Part shown: positions 40,603 through 49,572 of the stretch, piece after piece
How positions within the stretch are numbered: position 1 is the stretch's first letter
Layout: each line of letters opens with the position of its first letter
Source: Dehalococcoidia bacterium
GTDB lineage: Bacteria; Chloroflexota; Dehalococcoidia; Lucifugimonadales; CAUZJF01
DNA length: 64,000 nucleotides
Assembly: GCA_965248605.1 (NCBI GenBank)
Contig: CBDFJV010000005.1
Location: 36,355-100,354, forward strand
Direction of reading: 5' to 3'
Notes under the pieces: model-generated
The model's database searches: none
What the model was told of the DNA's origin: nothing
Seen by the model: only the letters and a program-made list of their open reading frames with translations
Translations under genes and position numbers: made by a program

Positions 40603-41337
40603 ATGGGCGCTCTGTCAGGCGGACAGATTGTTGAGTTGGTTACCAAGGGCGAGTTAGTCATAGACCCATTTGATGAAAAACTTGTTCAACCTGCCACTTA
40701 CGACCTTCGCTTGGGGGATAAGATACTGGCCAGCCCCCTTGGCCCTGTAGAACATGGGGGGCCTGTTCAGCTTAGTCGTGACAGACCTAGCTATGATGTC
40801 ATCACCGGTCAAATGGTCTCTGTGAAATCGGCGGAATACATAGAGTTGCCGCTTACCGTTGCTAGCGGTAGCTTCGGGATACGATCCCACTACGCGAAGC
40901 TTGGCTTTATCGCCTTTGGGGGCGTTCAATTGGACCCCGGATTCCATGGTGTTGTCATAATGAATCTCCAAAACGTGGGTCCCGAACCAATACCACTCAA
41001 GATGAATGACCCCTTTTTTACCGTCCAGTTTGAGCGCCTCGAACAGCCAGCAAGCAAAGGATACGACGGACCGAACCAAGGCCAACGCGATTTCCCCGAT
41101 GACCTTATAAGGTTCATCGAATCGGCGCGAACCACTAGTCTTGCCGAGATTCCGGGGCTCAGACGCGAAATCGCACGCCTTAGCGTGCAGCTTGAAGCAC
41201 TGACTGACAAGCTGCCTGCGCCGGAGAACGACTTTGAGTTGAAAGAAGAGGTCATTGACGCCCTTCACCGCTCTTCTACGAAGCCCCGAGACTCATTGAT
41301 TACTCTTGACGAGATGCGCTCTCGACTAGCTGAGTGA
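40603..41337 (+). CDS. dCTP deaminase/dUTPase-fold protein with ~80-aa C-terminal extension
   Basis: GGAG 8 nt before the ATG. GGQIVELVTKGELVIDPF, QPATYDLRLG, QLDPGFHGVVIMNLQN, YDGPNQGQ, then a helical tail ...LRREIARLSVQLEALTDKL...LITLDEMRSRLAE. Confidence 0.75.
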   Translation: MGALSGGQIVELVTKGELVIDPFDEKLVQPATYDLRLGDKILASPLGPVEHGGPVQLSRDRPSYDVITGQMVSVKSAEYIELPLTVASGSFGIRSHYAKLGFIAFGGVQLDPGFHGVVIMNLQNVGPEPIPLKMNDPFFTVQFERLEQPASKGYDGPNQGQRDFPDDLIRFIESARTTSLAEIPGLRREIARLSVQLEALTDKLPAPENDFELKEEVIDALHRSSTKPRDSLITLDEMRSRLAE

Positions 41338-41347
41338 ACCTCCAAAC

Positions 41348-41614
41348 ATGGCACTGTTGTTCGACGACGATGCTTTCGCTGGTGTTTCTTCAAAGGCTGC
41401 CCAACGCATGACAGACAAGGCTGAGTGGATATGGAAGCACAGAACCGAGGTTCCACATACAGCCCTTCGCGAAGACCTCAATCCTTATCTTTGTTGGCGT
41501 GTCGGAGACTATCGCCTGATCTACACGTATGACAAAGAGCCTGATGAAATGATTGTCCGACTCGGCGGCCACCGCCGAGACATCTACAAGAAAGCCCCCA
41601 AACTCCTTCCCTAG
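41348..41614 (+). CDS. RelE/ParE-superfamily toxin
   Basis: 88 aa. ...CWRVGDYRLIYTYDKEPDEMIVRLGGHRRDIYKK. Starts 10 nt after the stop of the Dcd-like gene. Confidence 0.75.
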   Translation: MALLFDDDAFAGVSSKAAQRMTDKAEWIWKHRTEVPHTALREDLNPYLCWRVGDYRLIYTYDKEPDEMIVRLGGHRRDIYKKAPKLLP

Positions 41615-41852
41615 CTAGCAAGAGTTCATCTGAACCCCCTTCTCTCCTCCGCCGGTCGAATTTAACGCTCCAGGGTTTCGATCCTTGCTGCGAGGCCCGT
41701 ATTTTCCGCTCGCCCTTGAGCCCTATCGAGGGGCGCCCCTATGGTTAGACAAGCTACCGAGTAACTGGTGAGCGCGAACGGGTCGGGGCCATAATGAGTA
41801 GGCGGACGGGCGCGTACGATGCGTCCCTACGGCCGTTAACGGGGACGAAATC

Positions 41853-41933
41853 CTGCCCCTACGCATGGAGGCAAGCCCGGTGCTTTCATATGTTCAGCCC
41901 GCCCCGCGGACGTAAAGTTGCTCACCACGAACC
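41853..41933 (+). repeat. 81-bp direct repeat, copy B
   Basis: Aligns with 40008-40088. Embedded in a REP-rich spacer. Confidence 0.7.
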
Positions 41934-42078
41934 AAGGTATGGGATTATTGCCGTTCGTCCTGAGGTTGTCGAAGAACCCTCCCGCGCTTCACACGTGGCC
42001 CGATAGACGTCAGGTGGGGACGGGACTTTGTGATAATATTAACAAAGCTACCGCCTATGTCCGGCCCTAAGATCCCCT

Positions 42079-43746
42079 ATGCCTGAACGCATCCTCGTCG
42101 CCGTCGCCTGGCCGTACGCCAATGGCTCGATCCACCTAGGACAGGCGGCAGGCGCGTATATCCCCGCCGACATCTTCGCTCGATACCATCGCCTCAAAGG
42201 AAACGAGGTGTTGATGGTGTCCGGCAGCGACTCCCACGGCACGCCCGTCACACTGGAGGCCGAGAAGCGGGGCGTCTCACCTGAGGAGGTTTTCGGACAG
42301 TATCACGAAGAGTTCTTGGACAACTGGGAGCGCTTGGGGATCAGCTTCGACCTCTTCACCTCCACCCACACGGAAAACCACAAGGCCGTCGCTCAGGACA
42401 TGTTCCTGAAGCTCCGGGAAAACGGCTACATTTACACGGACACGATGTCCCAGCCGTTCTGCGAGACGGACAACCGCTTCCTGGCCGACCGATACGTCGG
42501 TGGCAAGTGTCCCCACTGCGGATTCGATGGCGCCAAAGGCGACCAGTGCGACAACTGCGGCCGCACCCTCGACCCCGAAGAGCTCATCGACATTGTCTGC
42601 TTGCTCTGCGGCAATACGCCTGTGTTCAGGGAGACCGAGCACTTCTTCTTCAAGCTAACCGCCTTCGAAGAGCGCCTCAAGGAGTGGGTGGCGCAGCAGG
42701 AGCACTGGCGTCCGAACGTGCGGAACCTGTCGTTGGGATGGCTCGAAGGCGGGCTTCAGAACAGCGCCATCACGAGGGACATCAATTGGGGCATTCCGGT
42801 CCCCGTCGATGGCTATGAAGGCAAGCGCATATACGTCTGGTTCGAGGCCGTGATGGGATACCTGTCCGCGTCCATCGAGTGGGCGAAGTCGACGGGCGAC
42901 GAATCGAAGTGGCAGGACTTCTGGCAGAAGGACTGCCGCGCCTACTACTTCATGGGCAAGGACAATACCCCGTTTCACACCATCCGCTGGCCGGCTATGC
43001 TGATGGGGTACGGCGGTCTCAACCTGCCCTACGACGTGCCCGCCAACGAGTACCTACAGCTCGAAGGTCTCAAGCTGTCTACCAGCAGGAATTGGGCTGT
43101 CTGGCTACCGGACTACCTCGACGAATTCGAGCCCGACCCGCTGCGGTACGCCATCGCGGCCAATATGCCGGAAACCAGCGACTCCGACTTCTCGTGGCGA
43201 GAGTACGTCCGCCGGAACAACGACGAGCTGGTCGCCACGTACGGCAATCTCGCTCACCGCGTCTTGACCATGTCCCACCGCAACTTCGAGGGACGTGTAC
43301 CGGAGCGCGGCGAGCTCGACGAGCAAGACAACCAGCTGCTCGACGAGGCCGCCAACCGGTTCGACGAGACCGGCGAGAACATCGGTCTCTGCCACTTCCG
43401 CGCCGGATTGGGCTCTGCGATGGCCCTTGCACAGGCCGCGAACCGGTACCTGGACCAGAAGTCGCCGTGGCATTCGATCAAGACCGATCGGGGGCAGGCG
43501 GCCACAACGCTATGGGTCGGACTGGCGGTCATCAACTGCCTCAAGACGGCCCTGTACCCCTTCTTGCCGTTCAGCTCCCAAAAGCTGCACGGAATGCTCG
43601 GCTTCGACGACGATCTCGCTACCCATGGATGGACCTGGGACCGAGACGCCATCGAGTCCGGCAAAGAGCTGCGGGTCCCGGAGCCGCTGTTCACCAAGCT
43701 GGACGAAGCCGTAATCGAACGGGAAACTCAACGAATCGGTGTGTAG
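42079..43746 (+). CDS. metG: methionine--tRNA ligase
   Basis: AWPYANGSIHLGQ (HIGH-type), zinc knuckles CPHCG...CDNCG, KLSTSRN (KMSKS-type). Confidence 0.95.
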   Translation: MPERILVAVAWPYANGSIHLGQAAGAYIPADIFARYHRLKGNEVLMVSGSDSHGTPVTLEAEKRGVSPEEVFGQYHEEFLDNWERLGISFDLFTSTHTENHKAVAQDMFLKLRENGYIYTDTMSQPFCETDNRFLADRYVGGKCPHCGFDGAKGDQCDNCGRTLDPEELIDIVCLLCGNTPVFRETEHFFFKLTAFEERLKEWVAQQEHWRPNVRNLSLGWLEGGLQNSAITRDINWGIPVPVDGYEGKRIYVWFEAVMGYLSASIEWAKSTGDESKWQDFWQKDCRAYYFMGKDNTPFHTIRWPAMLMGYGGLNLPYDVPANEYLQLEGLKLSTSRNWAVWLPDYLDEFEPDPLRYAIAANMPETSDSDFSWREYVRRNNDELVATYGNLAHRVLTMSHRNFEGRVPERGELDEQDNQLLDEAANRFDETGENIGLCHFRAGLGSAMALAQAANRYLDQKSPWHSIKTDRGQAATTLWVGLAVINCLKTALYPFLPFSSQKLHGMLGFDDDLATHGWTWDRDAIESGKELRVPEPLFTKLDEAVIERETQRIGV

Positions 43747-43767
43747 AACATCGGGAGACGCCAGGTT

Positions 43768-44784
43768 TTGACTTCGACAACCCGGCTTAACTTGGCCGCG
43801 ACTCCCGAGGAGCTCAATGAGCTTCTCGGTAGAATCCACTCGCCCGTCGAAGTTGGGCTCGACCGGGTCAAGGCGAACCTTCTGAGTCTCGACGGCAGCC
43901 CGCCTCCGTTTCTGTCCGAGCTTCTGGAGCATGTCGTTCAGCCGACAGGTAAGCGGCTGAGGCCGGCTCTAACGCTCCTAGCTTCGAAGCTCCACCCCCA
44001 TGACGGACGCAACGCGGAGATAATGGCCGCGGCGGTGGAACTGCTTCATATCGCGAGCATGGTCCACGACGACACGGTCGATAACTCCTATATACGGAGG
44101 GGAAAGGCCACGGTGAACCGGGTCTGGGGACGAAACGCGGCCGTCCTGGTTGGCGACTACGTCTTTGCGACGTCAGCCACTTTCGTTTGCGACACCGGGA
44201 ACATCAGGGTTATCCGGAGGTTCGCGGAGACCATCATGGACCTGTCGGCGGGCGAACTGAACGAGATCGCCTCGGCCTACAGCCTGTCACAGACCCGAGA
44301 AGACTACTTCCAGCGCATATACCAGAAGACGGCCTCGCTATTCAGCACGGCCACCGAGGCTGGCGCAGTCCTCAGTGGCGCACCGGAGGAGACCGCCGAG
44401 GCCATGGAACGCTATGGGCGCAACGTCGGACTCGCGTTCCAGGTCGTGGACGACATTCTGGATTTCGATGGCTCCGGAGACGAGATAGGGAAACCGGTTG
44501 GGAGCGACCTCGCTCAAGGCATCATGACCCTGCCCATCATCATTGCGGTCGAGCGTCATGGCCCTGACAGTCCGATCGCGCGTTTCTTGGCCAGCACGGG
44601 GAACGACGGTGAGACCGAAGAGGCGGTCGCTGCGGCACAAGACCCCGCGGTCATCGCCGAATGCTACGAGATAGCCGCTCGCTACTGCGACGTGGCGATC
44701 GAAAGCCTCGCACCCATCGAGTCCAACCCGGCTCGCGACGCCCTCGAAGACGTGGTGTCGTACGTACTCCGGAGGCGTAGCTAG
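43768..44784 (+). CDS. polyprenyl diphosphate synthase (long-chain trans-IPPS)
   Basis: First DDxxD motif MVHDDTVDNSYIRRG and second motif FQVVDDILD. Confidence 0.9.
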   Translation: MTSTTRLNLAATPEELNELLGRIHSPVEVGLDRVKANLLSLDGSPPPFLSELLEHVVQPTGKRLRPALTLLASKLHPHDGRNAEIMAAAVELLHIASMVHDDTVDNSYIRRGKATVNRVWGRNAAVLVGDYVFATSATFVCDTGNIRVIRRFAETIMDLSAGELNEIASAYSLSQTREDYFQRIYQKTASLFSTATEAGAVLSGAPEETAEAMERYGRNVGLAFQVVDDILDFDGSGDEIGKPVGSDLAQGIMTLPIIIAVERHGPDSPIARFLASTGNDGETEEAVAAAQDPAVIAECYEIAARYCDVAIESLAPIESNPARDALEDVVSYVLRRRS

Positions 44785-44955
44785 CCACCTTCTGTTGCGT
44801 AGTCAACTTCGACCGGTCCAACATGAGATTCTCTCCGGCATGCGTCGTTGACCCAAACGCGGTTGCCGCAGACCGACCCTAATCCCTAGGTAGAAGACAA
44901 GATAGAAACGATCGACTATCCCCTCTGGGCGTGGGGTGGTTTCGTCGGCCTCGTC

Positions 44956-45915
44956 GTGGTGCTACTCGTCCTTGACCTGGGCGTGTTTCATCGCAGGGCC
45001 CACGTGGTCAGCCTCAGAGAAGCTGCGATCTTCTACGTTTTCTGGTTGAGCTTGGCCGCCCTCTTCAACGTCGGTATTTACGCATGGCTAGGTTCAGAGA
45101 AGGGCACCGAGTTCCTCACCGGGTACGTCATCGAAGTCTTGTTGAGCGTTGACAACGTCTTCGTCTGGCTCATTGTTTTCGCCTACTTCGCAGTGCCTGC
45201 CCAGTTCCAGCACCGTGTGCTTTTCCTGGGAATCCTCGGTGCGGTCGTTATGCGTGGGGTCTTCATCGCCACCGGCGTTACGCTGCTCAACCAGTTCGAA
45301 TGGGTGATCTACGTCTTCGGGGCGTTTCTGGTCTTTACTGGCATCAGGCTCGCGCTGCGTAACGAGGAAGAGGTCCACCCGGAGCGGAACCCGGTCCTCC
45401 GGCTAGCTCGCCGCTTCTTGCCCATCACTTCCGAGTACCGGGAACAGCATTTCTTCGTCTTGGAACAGGGTAAACGGTTGGTAACGCCTCTGTTCCTGGT
45501 GCTACTGGTTGTGGAGACGACCGACGTTGTCTTCGCCATGGACTCGGTCCCCGCCATTCTGTCGATCACGACGGACCCCTTCATCGTGTGGACTTCGAAC
45601 GTATTCGCGATTCTGGGTCTGCGGGCTCTGTTCTTCCTGGTAGCCGGCACTTTACGGTATTTCAGACATCTCAAGATTGGGCTGTCTCTCGTGTTGGTGT
45701 TCGTCGGCGTAAAGATGCTTATCAGTGAGGTCTACCACTTACCGACGGTGATATCCCTTGGCGCCGTGGTGGGGATTCTTGCCGTAACTATGCTGATTTC
45801 ATACCTCATCACGCGGCGCGAAGGCGACTCGCCGGCTGCCGAGACGCGCATCGTTGCATCTAGTTCCGACTCCAACGGATCCGAGTCGGAAGACTTAGGT
45901 AGAGAGCGAGGATGA
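44956..45915 (+). CDS. TerC-family integral membrane protein
   Basis: LDLGVFHRRAHVVSLREA, SVDNVFVWL, AMDSVPAIL. The family-like sequence (PLWAWGGFVG...) continues upstream of the first canonical start, so the true start is uncertain. Confidence 0.85.
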   Translation: MVLLVLDLGVFHRRAHVVSLREAAIFYVFWLSLAALFNVGIYAWLGSEKGTEFLTGYVIEVLLSVDNVFVWLIVFAYFAVPAQFQHRVLFLGILGAVVMRGVFIATGVTLLNQFEWVIYVFGAFLVFTGIRLALRNEEEVHPERNPVLRLARRFLPITSEYREQHFFVLEQGKRLVTPLFLVLLVVETTDVVFAMDSVPAILSITTDPFIVWTSNVFAILGLRALFFLVAGTLRYFRHLKIGLSLVLVFVGVKMLISEVYHLPTVISLGAVVGILAVTMLISYLITRREGDSPAAETRIVASSSDSNGSESEDLGRERG

Positions 45916-46122
45916 GCTCCCATAAATCGAGCCGGCCCGCCGGAGACGCGCGGGCGCCGGCGGAAGTTTCGTAAGTCCCGCCCCTTGCCGGCGCTGCTCC
46001 AACGATTCAAGCCAGGCCTTCCCGAAGCCTAACGCCCCGGAACGACGACAAGGTTCTGCTCGGCGTCAGGCCCGCATCGAATTGTTCGGCAGGCGCCGAT
46101 CGTACACCAACCCGACACCGCC

Positions 46123-46150
46123 TTGACTGGCGAATAGGCAAGTGTATATT
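46123..46150 (+). promoter_or_regulatory. sigma70-like promoter for cysS
   Basis: TTGACT, 16-nt spacer, TATATT. AGGAGG Shine-Dalgarno sequence before the GTG at 46197. Confidence 0.4.
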
Positions 46151-46196
46151 AGACCGACGGCCATGCTATCTGAGCGCGGGAACGAGGAGGCGAGAA

Positions 46197-48419
46197 GTGC
46201 TTAAGCTGTACGACACGATGTCGAAGCAGGTGTCCGAGCTGGAGCCCCTAGAACAGGGTCAAATCAAGATGTATACCTGCGGCCCTACGGTGTACAGAGA
46301 CGCTCACATCGGCAATCTACGTACCTACCTGATGGCGGACTGGATCAGACGGACCCTTGAGTTCCAGGGGGTCTCGGTCACCCAGGTAAAGAACATCACC
46401 GACGTCGGTCACATGCGGCAGGAGATGCTCGAGCGCGGCGAAGACAAGGTGGTCGCGGCGGCGTTGTCCGAGGGGAAGACCCCCTTCGAGATAGCGGCCA
46501 ACTACACAGAGCGCTTCCTCTCGGACGAAGGCAAGCTGAATATCACTCCCGCGGACCAATTCCCGAAGGCGACGGACCACATCGGCGACATGATCAAGAT
46601 CACCGAAGGCCTTGTGGAAAAGGGGTTGGCGTACGAGGCCGGCGGGAACGTCTACTACGAGATTTCGAAGTTCCCCAACTATGGCCAACTCTCCGGTAAC
46701 ACAGGGGAAGAAGGTCTCAGGGAAGGTGTCCGGGTCGAGGTCGACCCGCTAAAGCGAGACCCTCGTGACTTCACGCTTTGGAAAGCCGCCGAGCCGGGCC
46801 GGGAATTGAAGTGGAACAGTCCCTGGGGAGAAGGTTTCCCAGGGTGGCACGTCGAATGCTCTGCTATGTCGATGAAGTACCTGGGGCAACAGTTCGACCT
46901 TCACACCGGCGGCGTAGATAACGTGTTCCCTCACCACGAAGCCGAGATCGCTCAAAGCGAAGGCTTCACGGGCAGCAAGGTCGTGAACCGTTGGGTCCAT
47001 GGACAGCATCTGCTGGCAGACGGCGTGAAGATGGCCAAGTCCATGGGGAACACGTTCATCCTGGCCGACATCGAAGCTCGAGGTATAGAACCGCTCGCGT
47101 TCCGATACCTTTGTCTCACCGCGCAGCACGCCACGCGCTTGAACTTCACCTTTACCGCGCTGGGAGCCGCGCAGCAGGCGCTGCAGTCCCTGAGAGACAG
47201 GATCTGGGAGTGGGAGCTGCTCTCCGGGTCAGCCGAACCCGACGACGACGTTTGGCTGGAATGGAGGGGCAAATTCCTCGATCACCTGAACGACAACCTG
47301 GACCTGCCCGGAGCGCTCGCATTGACGTGGGAACTGGCCCGATCCGACCTTCCCAGCCAGACGAAGCTGGCTACCCTCCGGGGGTTCGACCGCGTCCTGG
47401 GGCTAGGACTCGACAACGTAGCCGAGAGCTATCAGGTCCCCGACGAAATCCAAGCTACAGTTGCTCGGAGATCGATTCTCAGAGAGCAAGCTCAAGCCGC
47501 TGAGCCTGAGGCCCGGCAACCGTTGTACGACCAGGCCGACGCCGTTCGCCAGGAGCTCTCCGAGGCGGGTTACGTCATCGAAGACACGGCCGCCGGCACG
47601 CTGGTCCGCCCGAGGTCGACTTGGGAGAAAAGGCAGGAGGAGTGGAACCAGGTCTCTTCGTCCGCGGAAGTGGACTCGCTTGTTGACGAACCGGATACAG
47701 TGGACTTCACCATAGGTATCGTCGCAAGTAACTACGTCGACGACGTATCTCGGTGCGTTCAAAGCGCCCTCAGATGGGCCGGAGATAGGCCGATTGAGGT
47801 GATCGTCCTCGATAACGGATCGACGGATGGCACGGGGGAATGGATTGAGGAGGTCGCGTCCAAGGACGAAAGGGTGCGAGCAGCGCACACCGATCACGTG
47901 TTGGGCCAGGGAGCTGCCGCGAATATCGTGCTAAAGCTGAGTCGTGGAGGGATCGTCGCCCTGCTCGATACCAGCGTGGAGGCGGTCGGTGACTTCCTCG
48001 AACCGCTGCAGAGCTTGCTCGCCGACGACACCATAGGTGTCGCAGGACCGTTCGGACTGCGCACGACTGACTTGCACCACTTCCACGATGGAGAAGGAGA
48101 GAGCGGCGATATGGATGCGATGCAGGCGTACTGTTTCGCGTTCAGACGTAGCAGTGTACCGGTCGTCGGACTGATGCGGGAGACCTTCAGGTTCTACCGC
48201 AACCTCGATCTCGACTACAGTTTCCATTTCAAGGATAAGGGCTACCGAATCGTTGCGGACCCTTCGCTGCCATTCACCCGCCACGAGCATCGAGTATGGA
48301 GCGAGCTTGGCGAGGACGAGCGCGAAGACCTCAGCAAAAAGAACTATCGACGCTTCTTGGACAAGTGGGGCGAGCGAAGCGACCTCCTGGTCGCGAACCA
48401 GGCTCCGCGCGCGCAGTAG
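46197..48419 (+). CDS. cysS: cysteine--tRNA ligase fused to a C-terminal GT2 glycosyltransferase domain
   Basis: Residues 1 to ~480 form a complete CysRS (CGPTVYRDAHIGNLRTY, WHVECS, KMAKSMGN, DALR-like LNDNLDLPGAL, C-terminal ADAVRQELSEAGYVIEDT). Residues ~500-740 are GT-A (IGIVASNY...EVIVLDNGSTDGT...ALLDTS). Confidence 0.9.
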   Translation: MLKLYDTMSKQVSELEPLEQGQIKMYTCGPTVYRDAHIGNLRTYLMADWIRRTLEFQGVSVTQVKNITDVGHMRQEMLERGEDKVVAAALSEGKTPFEIAANYTERFLSDEGKLNITPADQFPKATDHIGDMIKITEGLVEKGLAYEAGGNVYYEISKFPNYGQLSGNTGEEGLREGVRVEVDPLKRDPRDFTLWKAAEPGRELKWNSPWGEGFPGWHVECSAMSMKYLGQQFDLHTGGVDNVFPHHEAEIAQSEGFTGSKVVNRWVHGQHLLADGVKMAKSMGNTFILADIEARGIEPLAFRYLCLTAQHATRLNFTFTALGAAQQALQSLRDRIWEWELLSGSAEPDDDVWLEWRGKFLDHLNDNLDLPGALALTWELARSDLPSQTKLATLRGFDRVLGLGLDNVAESYQVPDEIQATVARRSILREQAQAAEPEARQPLYDQADAVRQELSEAGYVIEDTAAGTLVRPRSTWEKRQEEWNQVSSSAEVDSLVDEPDTVDFTIGIVASNYVDDVSRCVQSALRWAGDRPIEVIVLDNGSTDGTGEWIEEVASKDERVRAAHTDHVLGQGAAANIVLKLSRGGIVALLDTSVEAVGDFLEPLQSLLADDTIGVAGPFGLRTTDLHHFHDGEGESGDMDAMQAYCFAFRRSSVPVVGLMRETFRFYRNLDLDYSFHFKDKGYRIVADPSLPFTRHEHRVWSELGEDEREDLSKKNYRRFLDKWGERSDLLVANQAPRAQ

Positions 48420-48730
48420 GCCGCGAATACGTCCTACTCTCCGATGCGATGTCGCGGTCCCTTTGCGGTGGACGTTGCGCCTCGCACCTTTGTACTGCCT
48501 TGACGCCAGCCAATAGGTCGACAAAACTCGATGAAAACCGCGTGATTTCTGTGCCTCGCGTCAGGGCTCCGTGATATAATCCGCCTGCCCTTCTGAGGCG
48601 TGCTGTCGAGTCGGTCCGGCTGACATTCTTGCCCAGCAGTGGTATCATTTAGAACAGACGTTTCCTGTCCCTTTGGTGCGAACCTGAGGCTCAGCTTGGG
48701 CGGGATGCGTAGACACAGAGGGTTTCCAAA

Positions 48731-49444
48731 ATGCGAGTCGTTTTCCTGGATGACGTTCCTGGGGTCGCTCTCGGGGGCGAGGTCAAGGAGGTAAAGAACG
48801 GGTTCGCCCGCAACTACCTCATTCCGCAGAAACTCGCCGTCGCTGCAACTCGCGATGCGCTCCAGGGGGTCGCGAAGCTCGGCAATCAAGCCGAAGTCAA
48901 ACGGCTCAAGACGCTGCAAGACATGAAGGCTCTGAGCGAGGTGCTAGACGGGGTTCGTGTCGACGTCGATATGAGGGCCGGCACCAGCGGCCGACTGTAC
49001 GGCTCCGTCACCAACGCAATCGTGGCGGAAAAGCTCGCCGAGTTGACGGACCGGGAGATCGACCGCAGGACCATTGAACTGGCCGAACCTATACGAGAGC
49101 TGGGTGCCTTCGCGCTAAATGTTCGCCTCCACCCCGAAGTCATCGCCACCGTGAACCTTCTCGTCTATCCCTCCGGTTCCGAGCCAGACGAATTCCTAAC
49201 GAGTTGGCTGGAAGAGGCTGCGGCAAAAAAGGAGGCGGAGGTGGCTGAAGCCGAGTCCGAAGAGGCCGCGGAAGATACGGATACCGTCGCAGTCACGGAC
49301 GCAGCCAGTACCGCGGAGGATACTGTGTCAGAGACTGATCACGCCACAGTAGGAACGCCGGCGATCGAGGCGCCCGAGCTGTCGGAAACCGAGCAGCCCG
49401 AGGCCGTCGACGAGGCCTCCGAGGAAGAGCCGGACCAGAAGTAG
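48731..49444 (+). CDS. rplI: 50S ribosomal protein L9 with acidic C-terminal extension
   Basis: MRVVFLDDVPGVALGGEVKEVKNGFARNYLIPQKLA. About 90 extra Glu/Asp/Ala/Thr-rich residues. Confidence 0.9.
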   Translation: MRVVFLDDVPGVALGGEVKEVKNGFARNYLIPQKLAVAATRDALQGVAKLGNQAEVKRLKTLQDMKALSEVLDGVRVDVDMRAGTSGRLYGSVTNAIVAEKLAELTDREIDRRTIELAEPIRELGAFALNVRLHPEVIATVNLLVYPSGSEPDEFLTSWLEEAAAKKEAEVAEAESEEAAEDTDTVAVTDAASTAEDTVSETDHATVGTPAIEAPELSETEQPEAVDEASEEEPDQK

Positions 49445-49572
49445 CCGTCCGGCAGCGCGTCCGGACCATTCAACCGACCGGCCGGTCATAGAGACGCCGT
49501 TTCGGTCTCTGTGATTCACATCGACGAGCCAGCCCCCGATTTCACGTCGGGGTTCATCCAGGGAGTCAGACC

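Noticed and set aside
41660-41700. tRNA-like T-arm (cagggtttcgatccttg), considered as a possible tRNA or att remnant
   Set aside because: No matching acceptor, D or anticodon arms could be found on either strand, and the T-stem needs a mismatch. This is not enough for a tRNA or tRNA-fragment call.
44785-44955. Possible yybP-ykoY (Mn2+) riboswitch upstream of the TerC-family gene
   Set aside because: I could not find the conserved GGGGAGUAG / UUGACA core elements as I remember them. This would need an Infernal scan to settle.
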